This document shows positions 13,712 to 28,454 of a stretch of DNA of 64,000 nt, one piece after another; position 1 is the first letter of the stretch; each line of letters starts with the position of its first letter. A program made the position numbers and the translations under genes. Origin of the DNA: the human T2T-CHM13v2.0 reference genome, Homo sapiens; NCBI RefSeq assembly GCF_009914755.1, contig NC_060936.1, one strand, 5' to 3'. A model generated the notes under the pieces. It was not told where the DNA came from. It did no database searches and worked only from the letters and a program-made list of their open reading frames with translations.

Positions 13712-15220
13712 TCTATTTATTCCAAAATCAACTTTAACTCTTCTCCAAAGTTCTTTGGAAGTTCATTTTTATATATCTTAATTGTGATGTTCTTCTTCAA
13801 TCTTTATAGCATCTATATAGCAAGGGTTTTTAAGATCACATTTTTTTTGTAAGTTGGAAAATGTTTTCCAAGTATCCAACTTTTTCCAGTTGGACTAACA
13901 AAATGTTGCCTTCCAGATACAAAACTAATCAGGTTGGTTTAACTTGACTGCAATGGAATGAATAAGACTGTGTTTCGAACCAGGTGTTCCCTCCATTAAC
14001 CTGATCAAATTATGTTTCAACTAATGGATACACAGCTTTAGGAACACCCTGAAAAGCGTAGAAGAGTGAGCAAACTATATTAATATTGTTGCAAAGATGA
14101 CTTTTGTCCACTATATGTGGCCTGTGGAGTCAGGTCTTGGTTGGTTATCATAAAGCAATTAATGAGGACATTGGCACCTAATGGTGGTGGTAGGGGAAAG
14201 GTGAATATGAAGGTCTCCTTGTCTATAGATATGCTATTTCCTTTTAGTAAAACACACTGCCCTCTTCCCATCTACTCAACTCTTACTCATCCTGAGATGC
14301 TAAACTGAAAATTGGTTCAGAAATATGCATATGAAACTACTGAGTTAGGGAGCTGGGCCTTGGTCATCTCACAGACCACCAGCAGTATCTAACTCCATAC
14401 GGAATTATCTTCCTCTTTTTTTTTTTTTTTTTTGCGACCCAGAGAGTTTCTTTTTATTTTAAAAACTATTCTGAAGTTGGAAAACAAAACAAAATGAAAT
14501 AAGAACTAGATCATGCACTCTTCCAAAACCTTACTTTTTATATCTCAGTAAGAATTTAATGCCTGTTTCCCCCTGGTTCTGTTGTGATGATTCCCTCTTG
14601 GGTCAGTGAATGCTTTACAACTAGCTGTTGGTATAAGAGAGGGCCTCAGGATCAACGAAAGTGCAGTGCCATTTCCAAAATCCTTCTCACTGTTCTCAGT
14701 AACTTGAGGCTAGTACATGTTACTCAGATATTTACACTTATATTAAAGAGCTGGGTTAATTAATAAGATAATTATCAAAACCTAGGGCTAAATAAGATTT
14801 TGCATGGTAATCTTTCACCTTCTCATAAGACCAAATTTAAACTCTACAGATAATTATTATATTTTCTACTTCTAATACTACAGCCTCTGATTATGATCCA
14901 GCTCAGGTATTTCTTATGCAATGTAATTACATGACCATCTAAAATTTGGTTGAGATGCAAAGGGTAGGAAACAAAGAGCTCTTGATTAATCTCTTTTAGT
15001 GATTATGCACTAGTCCAGTTTGATTCTTTTTTGTTGCAAATCATTTATGATCCTAATGTGTCTTCCAAAACAGTCACTTTGCCTTGTTTTCAGAGAAAAA
15101 GTCCAATATTAATAGAAATAGTAATGAAGCAGAAATTTTCTGAGCACTTATATTTTAGAAAGGCCCAGTTCCTATGCACACAAAATGTAAAGTCTAGGAA
15201 AATGTTTTAAAAGTCAATTC

Positions 15221-15640
15221 TTTTTTCATTATTTTTAAAATTGTATATATTTGTGGTGTACAACATGTTATGACATATGCATACGTTGTGAAATGGCTAA
15301 GTCAAGTTATCCTGTGCATTACCTCGCATATTTATCATTTATTAGTGGTGAAAACACTTTAAAATCTACTATCTTGGAAATTTTTAAGTACACAATGCAT
15401 TGTTATTAACTATAGTCACCATGATATACAATAGATCTCTTGAACTTATTCCTTCTGTCCAACTGATATTTTGTATCACTTGACCAACATCTTTCCAATA
15501 TCACCACCCGTGTCTCCCACAGCTCCTGGTAACCACTGTTTTAATCTCTGCTTCTATGAGTTCAGCTATTTTTAGATTCCACATGTGGTATGTAAGATCA
15601 TGTGGTATTTGTCTTTCTGTGCCTGGCTTATTTCACTTAA
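15221..15640 (-). mobile_element. L1MA (L1MA8/9-like) 3' UTR fragment
   Basis: 'cattgttattaactatagtcaccatg..aatagatctcttgaacttattcc..gtatttgtctttctgtgcctggcttatttcactt'. Confidence 0.8.
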
Positions 15641-15839
15641 CAGAAGGGTCCATCTCTGGGTATGGATAATAAGGGTTCTTCTTTAATAAAAAGCAAACAC
15701 AAAAGCCATGATAAATAAAACATTTCAAATGGCAATGTAATTTTATATCAGATGTAATTGACAAAAATCATAAAGAAAATCCTGATAATTAAAAGCTATT
15801 CACTCTTTGATACAAAAGTTCTTTCAGGGAAGACAGGGT

Positions 15840-16050
15840 TGTGGGGCAGTGCTTAAGGGCATTGACCCTAGAGTAAGGCTGCTTGGGATTAAACACTGGC
15901 TTCACCACTTACTAATTGTGGAGCAGACTTTGTGACTTAACGCTTTTCAATTTCAGTTTCCTCATTTCCAAAGTGAGAATAATGGTAGAAGCAACCTCAT
16001 GGGTTGTTGCAAACATTAATTGAGCTAATATAAGTAAAGTGCTTAGCAAA
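15840..16050 (+). mobile_element. MIR SINE
   Basis: 'ctggcttcaccacttactaattgtg..tttcagtttcctcatttccaaagtgagaataat..gtaaagtgcttagca'. Confidence 0.7.
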
Positions 16051-16065
16051 GCAAGTATTCGTGTT

Positions 16066-16068
<3 letters not shown>

Positions 16069-16108
<40 letters not shown>

Positions 16109-16408
16109 TGTATTTATGTATTTTGAGACTGAGTTTTGATCTTGTTGCCCATGCTGGAGTGCAATGGCTGGATCTTAGCTCACTGCAACCTCCGCCTCCT
16201 GGGTTCAAGTGATTCTCCTGCCTTAGCCTCTTGAGTAGCTGGGATTACAGGTGCCTGCCACCACACCCATCTAATTTTTTATATTTTTGGTAGAGATGGG
16301 ATTTCACCATGTTGTCCAGGCTGTTCTCGAATTCCTGACCTCAGGTGATCCACTTGCTTCGGCCTCCCAAAGTGCTGAGATTATAGGCGTGAGCCACCAG
16401 GCCCAGCC
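16069..16408 (-). mobile_element. Alu (AluSq-like) with (TTTA)n tail
   Basis: Full dimer; TSD gtattcgtgtttta (16055-16068) and gtattcatgtttta (16409-16422). Confidence 0.95.
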
Positions 16409-18597
16409 GTATTCATGTTTTACCCATTAACCATTGTTCATATTGTTATTCATTTGACAGTTATTGACTGAGTAGCAACCAGTTTCTGAGATATGGAAGA
16501 TAAGTAAGTCCCCTGCTCTCAGTGAGCTTACATTCCAAAGAGGAAGGTGAATATACAAACTACTATAAATCACATTACGTGAATAACAGAGATGTGCCAA
16601 TTGTGCTATAGAAAGGAAGAAATGGGGCAGAAAACAGATAAAGATAGAAACAATAAAGTTACATTTTTATGTGAAACAAGATAGCTCTTTGGACCTCTTG
16701 AAACAGAATAATTAGATGCTTCATCAAACTCCAATTTGATTTTTAAATCATAGTAAATAAAATTATCTTATAAAACCAAGTTTACTGGTATTTAATAGAT
16801 TAAGAATGAAAATAGAACACTCAAACTTGGCAACACCATCCCATCTATGTACCAGGGTGAGGAGTTATGGACAATATTATAAGTAAACATAACTAAAAAA
16901 TATGTTTTCCAAATAGGAAAGTAATTGCTCCTCTAAAAATTGTAAAGAAATAATTGTTTCAAGAACAGCACTGATGAGAGTGATTTTACCCTCAAATGCC
17001 ACTTTAATTTCAAACCTCAGACAAGTCTAAACACGCATATGCAATATGATAGGAAAATCACTCATTTTTTAGACCTAGGTCTTCAGCAGGCAATGAACAG
17101 TGTTTAATGCCATATGGAGGTAATTTAATAAGAATTTTGCAATACTTGAACAAGCATTATCACCAAATCTGCTAAATGGAGTTAGTGATTTTGTTTCTTT
17201 CTAGCATAATGATTTAGTTGTGCAATGGTGCTGTCACCAGATGAGATTAATCACAATAATGATGCGTCTTTTTGCTAAGGACGTTATCATAAATCATTTG
17301 AATACAGCCTAAGAGAAAAGGCTTCTAGTTAAACTTTCTAAATGTTACAAAATGGTCATAAAGCATGAGCTGTTGAAAATAGGAATTATTTTTATTTCAG
17401 TTTGGGGATCATATGGCAAAATTATTATTCATTGACACTGAAGTTATTTCAGACCCCCCCCCCGCCACACACACACAAATCTCAAGAGATATTGAAAATG
17501 ATGATTCGTATTGTTCCAATTACATTCATATGACCTTAGTTAAGTGATTTAAAATTGGGCATTAGTTTCCTTATCTGTAAAACAAAAATAATAATATCTA
17601 TCTCTTAGAATTTTTGTGAGGCAACATATGTGAAAAGTACTTTATAGCCTAAAAGTAATTCTTTTTCTCTTCTTTTTCCAACTCTGTCAACTTATTTTTC
17701 ATCCTGCTCTCCTTCTTCTACTTTTTCTTTATCGTCTTCTTTTTTTCTCTCTTTTCTTTATCTTCTTCTTTTTCCTTTTTCCTTGTTTTTTTTTTCTATT
17801 ATTAATTAGGCCTAATTTTACCAGGTCAAACATATATGATGTATGCCTTCAGAAATATTTTGCATGCTTGCTTCATCATCACAGAGCTAAAGCTAAAATC
17901 AAGGAAATTTTTACTGTTCTACAATTGTAGGTTCCAGTTTATGCAATTTTCATATTGTGTTTGTTTTTTCTAAAATCTACTTACTAATCTTAACAATATA
18001 GTATCAAATTGACATTATAATCTCTTAGTTGAAAGCTTAGCACATGAACTTTAATTTCCTTATCTTTTAATAATAATAAATTTAAAACAATGGAGCATGA
18101 TATGTAGTTTAAAATATTCAACTGTTACATCATTTTAATCACACAATCTGTAACACCTGCTTTCTTTATGGCAGTTTTGTGAAAATTAACTAGAAAATAA
18201 TTGCAAAATTCATTGCAAATTCTGAAAAATTTGAAATACTGTTAATGAGAAAGTATGGAAAATATTATTTTAACATTTCAGTTCCCAAATTGTTTTTTTC
18301 TTTGATTTTTGTCTTTTTAAAAAATTTTAGTTAGTTTATCAATAATTACTAATGATAAGTATAATGCCTAATGTAGCCACATACACTGACCACTAGAAAG
18401 ATGAAGAAAATATGAGCTTCTCCTAAAATAAGCTAAGGGTTAATTTTTAAAAATCTCTTTGGAATATAACATTTTATAAACATTTTCATCATATACACAC
18501 TATATTTCATTCCCCTTAATTGAAATAGAAAGAATGAAGTTAATTTCAGTACTTGCAAAAACATTTTAAATATCCGGTGGTTGCTTTTTAATAAATG

Positions 18598-18940
18598 TGT
18601 CTTAGCCCATTTTGTCCTCCTGTAACAAAATCTCACACTGAGCAATTTATAAACAACAGGAATTTATTTTTCAGAATTCAGGGGTCTGAGAAGTCCAAGA
18701 TCAAAGTGCCTGCACCTAATTCTGGTGAGGGCCTTCTTGCTGTGTCCTCACATGGGAGAAGGTGAAAGTGCAAGCTAAAAAGGGACAAACTTTCCCATTC
18801 AAGACTTCTAATAAGGACACCTAATCCCATTCACAAGGGAGGTGCCCTCCTGACCTAATCACATCCCAAACACCCAATCTCTCAACACCAACACACTGGC
18901 AACACCTGAATTTTGGAGGGGCCACATTGAAACCATAGCA
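18598..18940 (+). mobile_element. ERVL-MaLR solo LTR (MST/MLT1A-like)
   Basis: 'tgtcttagccc..gagaagtccaagatcaaagtgcc..ctggtgagggccttcttgctgtgtcctcacatgg..aaaccatagca'; 5-bp TSD aaatg/agatg. Confidence 0.85.
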
Positions 18941-19152
18941 AGATGAAACCTTTTAATTGATCACGCCATAGGATACCAGAACTGGAAAATCTGGTTTTCT
19001 GTGGTGCATTGGATATTCTAACTTAATAATCAAAGAGGGACTTGAACAGAAGTTGAGGTTCCTTCAGTAGGATAGGGTGATGGGGGTGATTAGTCAATTA
19101 CCTGTAAGAAAAAAGGGAAAGAGCAGTATGTGTTTCCTCCAGTTGCTTATTT

Positions 19153-19506
19153 TTTAAAAATTTTTATTTTATTTTATTATTTTTTTTGAGACAGAGTTTT
19201 GCTCTTCTCATTCAGGCTAGAATGAAATGACGCGATCTCAGCTCACTGCAACCTCTGCCTCCTGGGTTCAAGTGATTCTCCTGCCTCAGCCTCCTGAGTA
19301 GCCGGGACTACAGGCGTGTACCTCTACACCTGGCTAAATTGCTTTGTTTTTGTTTGTTTTGTTTGTTTGTTTGTTTGTTTGTATTTTTAGTAGACACGGG
19401 GTTTTACCATTTTGGCCAGGCTGGTCAAACTCCTGACCTCAGGTGATCTGTTGGCCTCGGCCTCTCAAAGTACTGGGATTACAGGCGTGAGCCACTGCGC
19501 CCAGCC
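19153..19506 (-). mobile_element. Alu (AluS) with (TTTG)n expansion in the linker
   Basis: Full dimer; TSD tccagttgcttattt (19138-19152) and tccaattgcttattt (19507-19521). Confidence 0.95.
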
Positions 19507-20579
19507 TCCAATTGCTTATTTCTGTGCCTGAGCTTTCCCATGTATAAAGATGGTAATGATAATAGTATCTACCTATCTCGTAAAGTTTTTCACATAAAGA
19601 ATATATCAGTTAAAGAACATACTAAAACTACATCTGGTACAAAAGCAAGAATAGCAGTTGAAAAAAGAGTGCTGTTAGGATAAACAAGTGTGCTGTCTCT
19701 GTAGGGCTTCCTATGGTTTTCATAACAAGCTTCTCAGTGCCTTCTCCCCACCTGCTGTTCCTTCCCTCTCCTCGCCAGCTTCTTCTCTTCTTTTCTTTCC
19801 TCTTACTCCCTGGCTATCTTATGACTCTGGCCATTTTATTTTTCTCTCTCACTCTCACTTTCAGACGATGAGTTTCTGAATTCTTCTGTCCGAATTCCCA
19901 TCCACCCATTCTTCTCTCCTTTTATCTCAGTTCTTGCCCTTCTAGTTTTGCTATTGGAGGCTTTTTGAAAATAAAGCTAAATTATTCATGATCTCTGTTT
20001 CAACTCAACTGGAATACAATGGCCATCACAGAATTGACCTTAGGGTGTGAGTGCTGGCAGGAGGAGAGTCTTCCAGAGAGATTCCCTCAGTGTTTTGAAG
20101 GAGTGTCCTTCAGTGTTGTGGGTAAAGGAGGCACAGTGGTACTTCTAGGATGTCCCTTAGAGGAAAAGTACCAATTTCACAGGTTCCCATGACACAAAGC
20201 TCTTGCACATTCATTAAATATCTTTATGCTGATTGCATGTGGTGATGGTTAGAGGTCTGAGGCCAGGTATGGCCATTATTGTGTAACTCATCAAGCTCCA
20301 ATGAGGTGCCACAACACGGATGCATCTCTGTTTTCCTCAGGTGAGAGTCACAAAGCTGAATGGAAAGCTATGGGTAGGCTAAAATCCAACAGTTTACTTG
20401 TGTCCCACTCTTTTTTCTCCTTAAAATAAATCACAGTTCCCTTTTTTTCTAGCCAAATAACAAATTCGAATCTTACTTGACAGTAATTACTAAAATATGT
20501 TAAATATGTATTTTGTTGACCAGTACCTATAACACACACTTTGATGGTACCATTATGTGTGATATTTCCAGTGTTCAGA

Positions 20580-20720
20580 GGTATTTTTGTTTTACACATA
20601 AGGAAACTGAGACTTATAGGATTTATATAACCTACCCACTTTGATACAGGAGATTAGTGTCAGAATGCTGATTCAAACCCAAGCATCTGAGGCCAGAGCT
20701 CAGATTCTTAATAATTTTAG
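20580..20720 (-). mobile_element. MIR SINE fragment
   Basis: 'ttttacacataaggaaactgagact..gattcaaacccaagcatctga'. Confidence 0.65.
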
Positions 20721-23700
20721 GTTAATACATGGAAGAAAAGTTTGTGCAACTGCAGTTACATGATTCCCTGTGGGAAATACTGAGCTGGGTCTTCAAAAGT
20801 ATTTCTATTTAGCTAGAAAATGTAGAGCTATTGCTGTAAAATACTGAATAGATTTATGTTGCTAACTGTGAAAATGATATACCACATACATTTGCACATG
20901 TATGTTCTTTCTAATTTGTGCAAAAAATTAATTCAACTAAATTCTCCCCTTTAAACTCTCTCAGCTCTTATTTAAATTGATCCTAACATACATAGTTTCT
21001 TGGCAGGATATGTATCCAAATAGCATTTTATACTTAAATAGCAATCCATTGATGGGAACTCCTATTATATACTGAACTGTATTAATTATTAATGGTCCAA
21101 ATGCAAGCAAGTCCCCGGGAGCTGCTGAATCATTAGAACTTCTGAGGTTCATCTTCAAGGATGTTATGTAAACCAATTCTCTGAAGAATGACCATCTGAG
21201 GGGCAATGTAAGCCATGACTAATAAAGTCATTACAGAAAAAGAAAGCACTGTTTTCAGATAGGAAAGGCAGCTTTTCTTTCCCATCTTAGGAAATATTCT
21301 GTGTTTGGGGGTTTAAGTATTTTATTTATTTTTGAGCACAAAGTAGCACAATTTTATTCACATGTTTTCTGAATATTTAATATACCTCTGTTCACATGAA
21401 AGATATTCTTGGAGGAAAACACAGAATGAGGATCAGACACAGCATTTCTAAATTATAGACAAGAATCAAATACATTTTTTCCAATCATTTTTTGTTTGTT
21501 TCATTGCCTAGGTAACCCTTCTGAGGAAATTAGCAGCTTTGACAATGGAAAGTACTGTTTCATCTGTCTTCCCTATGAGAAGGTAATCTGTTTGAATAGA
21601 AGAAACATTGGAATAGGGCTCCATTTCTAAACAGATTTAGGTCTACAGAAGTTATATCACCCCTGAAATCCTTGGGATGCTGTGAGGATTTTTTTGGTTA
21701 AACTGAAATATCAACATAGAAATACAAAATATAAAATAAACTGAGAAAACTAACAGCTCACATTTTCGAAAATTAAATAGCAAATTTATCTTTTATATAT
21801 GGTTTCAAATGTGTATTTCACCTCACAGTAAAACTTCATAAACATTTATTATTTATAAGCCTGTAATAACTAGTCTACAATTAATTAATATGGCAGAAAT
21901 GTAAGTAAAAACTGTGTACTTTCCAGTGAAGTGTTATATAAACATGTAATGTTCAAAGCCATTTACAGATTTATAAACCAAAAGTCAGGTGGGCTGGAAA
22001 TGAAAAAAAATTAATTTTAACAACTAATTGTACCATGAGAAAATTATATTATTTTTTGGTAAATTATGACTGCCAAATATGTCCCAATAAGGGTTACTTC
22101 TTTTTTCCTAGGCTTAATTCTTTATTCAATTAGTTGTGCTTGCAAAATTGAGTAAGAAAATAATTTTGCCTGAAATTAATTACGTCTTTTAATTTGAATG
22201 TTTGATTATCTAATTCAACAATTATTATGCACATGTAAAAAGGGAGATTTAGAAAAATTTTTAAATATGCACTTTATAATCTTTTCCCTGCTTATTTCTG
22301 ATCCCTGTAGGTGGAGAAAATGCTATTAATTGAACCATTTTTGTGACATGATGTAGCTTCCCTTATGCTTACAATGACAAAATAAGATTAACATTGCATT
22401 TGTAAAAGCTACCAGGATTTTAGAAAATTATTTATTATATGAAAAGTTTAGTTTTTATCTCTGCCTATTCCTTTTTATCGTATATCAGGCATTTTAACTC
22501 ACTTGAAATCTCACAGATAGGAATCCTGAGGCACATTATGATATTTTTAACTCTTCAAGTATCTAATTGGATGTGTTTTTATCTGGAATGTGTGAAATGT
22601 CTTCTTTACCTAATAGTAACTGGTATGTCTTGGCTCAGCATGGAAACAACAAATTTAACAGCCAATAGATGGCACTGGAAGTGTTCAAAACATTTTCTAT
22701 ATCTTTTCTGTTCCATTGAGTATAATTATTTTTTTAAAGCAAATGACAATTTATATAGTTAAATTAAAAATGAAGGCACATTCAGAACGTCCATGTTGAA
22801 GAAACTCAAATATTTCATTGTTGCACGACCATTGAAAATTCTAGCACTTTAACAATATGAAACGATGCCTTCATTCTCTCCCATGTTGTAACTTAACTAC
22901 TGTGTCATTCAAGTATGTTTTACCACCACCTGTTAGGATTTCTGAAGTCTGTAAACTCAATTGGTATGTGTGATGTCTGCAGAGATTTCATTTTTGGTAC
23001 TATTCTCCTGATTATGTGATCCTGGTAGGATAAGGATTACAGCCAAATGTTATTAAATAATTTCATTATTGGTTCTCACTTGCATTTTTCTAAAGCCAAC
23101 TTCACAAGTAACCTTTCATTCTCTGTAGTAAACAAGCCCATAAAACATTCAATGAATCAAGCAGAGTAAAAGAAAAAATGCAGGACAGTATTTAAACACA
23201 GATTACAGTGAACAGAGTAATCCATTTATAGGATGGGACTAATTTTCCTCTAAAATTGGTTAACAGTGTGCTTGGTTATTTAGATGTGGTAGAAAACGAT
23301 CCCATGTGGAATTCAATGGGAATGCCACCTACATAGAAAGCCAAACTACTACTATATCTGTTTCTAAGTGAGGTCCAGTAACTATGCTTTAATCTTTGCT
23401 TTTTGTTATTTTTTTTTTTTATGTTTGCAGTTACATCAAGTGTTTCACAATACCAGGTGATATTTTCAGAGAAGTGTTATCAGCATGATGCAGCATCAAA
23501 CATTACAGCTATTCCATCTTCAGATAACACCCCCCTACTTTTTCAAAGCTTTGTGTTAAAACTGTTGAAGGAGCTATTGCTTTCACCTAAAACAGTTTTA
23601 AATCATTGCTTTATGATAATTTAGAACCTAATTAAATTATGCATAGCTATAGAAAGACTACTTTTTAATCTATTTGTGCATAAAATATAAAAACATTTAA

Positions 23701-25085
23701 GTTATAAATGTGTTGACATTTTATTAACATTATTTCTTTCATATAGGATATTACCATGAAATAAATGCATGCATACATATATTTATATTCATATGCATAT
23801 TTTCATGATGATGCCTCTTGTGTATGTACATATAAAATTAAATAATGTACCTAGAAGGCCTACTAGAGGCCTGGCTATTTCTTGAGTGCCTACCATAATA
23901 TATTGCTGGATAAACAATCGGCTGAAACAATCTGTTGCCTGTTCAAATACTAAATATGTGTTTTTGGTAATAATGGTAGTACAACTTCCCCCATCACATT
24001 TTACTAAAACCATCCTTCTTTAATATCTGGCTTTAAGAAATTTTCTACATATTATTCCACATAGGAATACTCACTGCCCTAGAAATCATTGTGTAAGTGT
24101 GATCATATTCCTCAAGCTTCCTATAAGCACACTAGCTTTATATATATATATACAAGGAGTAAGTCAGTTTTTTAATTCTTCTCAACAAGGTTAGATGTAT
24201 TTTCTTGAGCTCTGTGACACCTGCAACTGAACTAAGACAATTCCTTAATGCGTCCAAGGATGTTTGAAGTTAATGTGTAAAGCGGGGCAGGGAGTCGGGG
24301 AGGAGGTACACAAAAGAAGTGTTCACAAGTAATCCTCAGAAACTTTTAGAATTCTGTAAGGGAAAACTCCTATGGAGTACTGCACTGTGGCCTGCAGACA
24401 CTTTTATCTTTAATACAACAGTGTGACTTTGATGCCTTGGGGGGCCATAATGACAACATTCATCTTGATGTCTGCATTTTCCTCTCAATGATATTTTGTT
24501 TTCTCTAAAATCATTAAGTTCTCTTTTCCAGTAAAGAAAAAAACAGACCACAACTACTCTCTTATTTTACAAATCAGGTACATTTTTTAGAGCAAAGGAT
24601 GTGGAATTGTATGAAAGTTTAACAGTGATTATTCAGCTATCATACTGCAAGATTGTTAAATAAGGGTTGCAAATGAATGAATGGATGCATACATGCATTA
24701 CAATGTAGGCAACAGGAAACTGAGAAAACTGGTTAGTAAGAAGTAACTCATACTAAGAGAATATAGGAAATTTGATTCAGAATGTTTAATTCAGTTTAAG
24801 AGAACAATGAAATCAATGTCAAAATCAAGCTGTAGGCCTTCTTCATATCACAAGGAAGAAAAAACTCGTGTCAGGAATGTTTTTTCTGTCTGTGTTTTTA
24901 TGGACTCAGCCTTTTGGTTGATGGGTCTTATGGTTGATGAACATTAAATGAGGGAATCAACAAATTATAGGTGGTAACCTTGAGTAAGTTCCCTAACTTC
25001 TCAAGGCCTCAGCCATCTTATTAGTGTAATAATTTCTACCTACGACAGGAGTGTCTTAAAAACTTCATTTTAAAATTCATGTGCT

Positions 25086-26080
<995 letters not shown>

Positions 26081-27829
26081 TGTGAAAATAATAAGATAAA
26101 TAAAAATAAACACTGATAAGTAAAAGTTCTGAGCTCTCAACATTGACCAATGGACACAGTTTTGAGCTTGCCAGAATTTTTTATAATATGTGGCATATGT
26201 GAAGATTAGGAAACACTCAAAGACATATTGATAAAAGACTCTAGTTTGGGTAAACCACAATGAGGTTATAGTTGCAGATTCAATGTATATATCATCTAAT
26301 TAGTGAAAGCAGCATTGTAGAGTTCAAGGTCTAGTCTGGTAGATTTTGGGTGGCTGTTGATAATATTATTATTATCATTATTGCTAATAAATATGCTGTG
26401 GCAGAAAAGACATTTTGTCCATCAGGGCCATGTAAAAAGTGGACTTTCTGGAGAACACACAGGATCCAGTTGTGTTTTGTTCACCTTAAAACAATTATTG
26501 TTTTGCAGGCTGTTAGAGCTAAAGAGAATTAGAGATAATTTATCCCGAGTACTTCAATTTTTAAATGAGAAAACCAAAACTCAGAATGGTCAAATAACTT
26601 GCCTAAAATCAGTAAAAGACGGTGTATGACATTTTGATGCTGCCTAAATACTTTATTGTCAAAAATATTGTCAAGTAACAGATACCTCCCTACCTATTCC
26701 CAACCTGCAACTACCCACTATTCAATCGGGTTTGCAGATAAAGATGCTGCCCAGAGAGGTTTGTTCCAAACACATTACTTGGAAAGAAATTCCAAAACTT
26801 TTACACTTTGATGAGAAAACACTCATGCCAAAATATCACACTTTACACTATAATTGGTGGCAGATTGAATAAGAAATATGTTTCCCAATTCTCAAATGAT
26901 TTTCCCACATTTCAAAAACTTTTGTAAAACATAGTCTTATGATCATTGTATGCTTTTTGTCCTTCTCCCTAATTCCTACACCCTTGTAACCCCACCTGTT
27001 TTAATATATTGCATACTAAGCCTTCTTCTTAGAGTTGACTCATTTAGAATACTATTGCTTTATATCACTTCTTAATGGAAGAAGCTCTCAGATAACATCT
27101 CAAGGACATCCAACGTTGTTTTCACTACACTGGGGCTTTTATTGATAGAAATGTGTAATAACATATTATGATCCACTCTCTGATTGGCAAGTACTAATAA
27201 CTGGATGATTTTAAAAGAACTGTGTAGTCTGCCCATGTCATCACCAAGGCAATGGGTCATTTCTGAATAAACATAGGTCGCAGAGTAAAGGTGTTCCTAC
27301 ACCTCCCACCGGCCCCGCCTGCTGGCATTGCTTTGGGGCCTGACAGCTTGCCTTGTACATGCTGTCCCTCAGTAAATGGCTGCATAATAAACAATTGAAC
27401 TCTGCATAGGGAATCCCCTCTGTAAATGAATACAAAGAATATAGTCTCTGATTGTGTCTCTCACCTAAAAGCCATATCCCAATTTTCACTGAGTATGCAG
27501 TGCTCATAACTGCACACCCTTCTGACTCTGTCTTGAAAGCTATTCATTAGGTACAGTTAGATAATAATATATGACCAGTGTTCATTTCAACTATGGCCAT
27601 ATTCCTGGTGCTGGTGAATCTGAGCTTGAGAAAATACTTGCTCATCTTTAGCTCTAAGTAAAATCTGTTGACTTAATTTGATTTGTTTTCATTGTTTCCT
27701 GCTGAAAATTAGGCTAAGCAAAACTCAGGAATACATTGATGGATAGTTTTTGGAGTAACAACCCATTAATTTAGAAGCTAGGTCACTCATATTTTTCTAA
27801 ATTATTTGGCTTTGAATGAAAATATGGAA

Positions 27830-28100
27830 TGCCTGCAATCCCAGCATTTTGAGAGGCTGAGGTGGGAGGATCACTGGAGGCCAGGAGTTTGAGACCAGCC
27901 TGGGCAAGAAGGCAGGACCTCCTTCTCTACACAAAATAAAAAAAAAATTAGCCGGGTGTGGTGGCATACATCTGTAGTCTGAGCTATTCAGGAGGCTAAG
28001 GAAGGGGGACTACTTGGGCCATGGAGTTCAAGACCACAGTGAATTTACAGTGAATTATAATTGCATCACTCTCACTCCAGGCTGGGTGACAGAGCAAGAG
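27830..28100 (+). mobile_element. Alu (AluJ-like), slightly 5'-truncated
   Basis: 'gaggtgggaggatcactggaggccaggagtttgagaccagcctgggcaa' and a diverged right arm; tail expanded into a GA-rich repeat. Confidence 0.9.
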
Positions 28101-28123
28101 AAAGAAAGAAAGAAAGAAAGAAA

Positions 28124-28217
<94 letters not shown>

Positions 28218-28454
28218 AAGGAAGGAAAGAAGGAAGGAAGGAAGGAAGGAAGGAAGGAAGGAGAAAGAAAAGAAAGAAAGGAAGGAAGGAAGGAAAGAAA
28301 GAAAGAAAGAAAGAAAGAAAGAAAAGAAAAGAAAGGAAGGAAGGAAGGAAGGAAGGAAGGAAGGAAGAAGGGAGGGAGGGAGGGAGGGAAGGAAGGAAGG
28401 AAGGAAAGGAAAGGAAGGAAGGGAAAGGAAGGAAGAAAGAAAGGAAAAAGAAAA
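28096..28454 (+). repeat. Compound polypurine microsatellite (AAAG)n(AG)n(AAGG)n(AGGG)n
   Basis: 359 consecutive purines directly following the AluJ. Confidence 0.97.

Noticed and set aside
23804-23925. C box (ATGATGA) and D box (CTGA) spaced like a snoRNA
   Set aside because: No terminal stem or recognisable antisense element; overlaps L2-like tail sequence.
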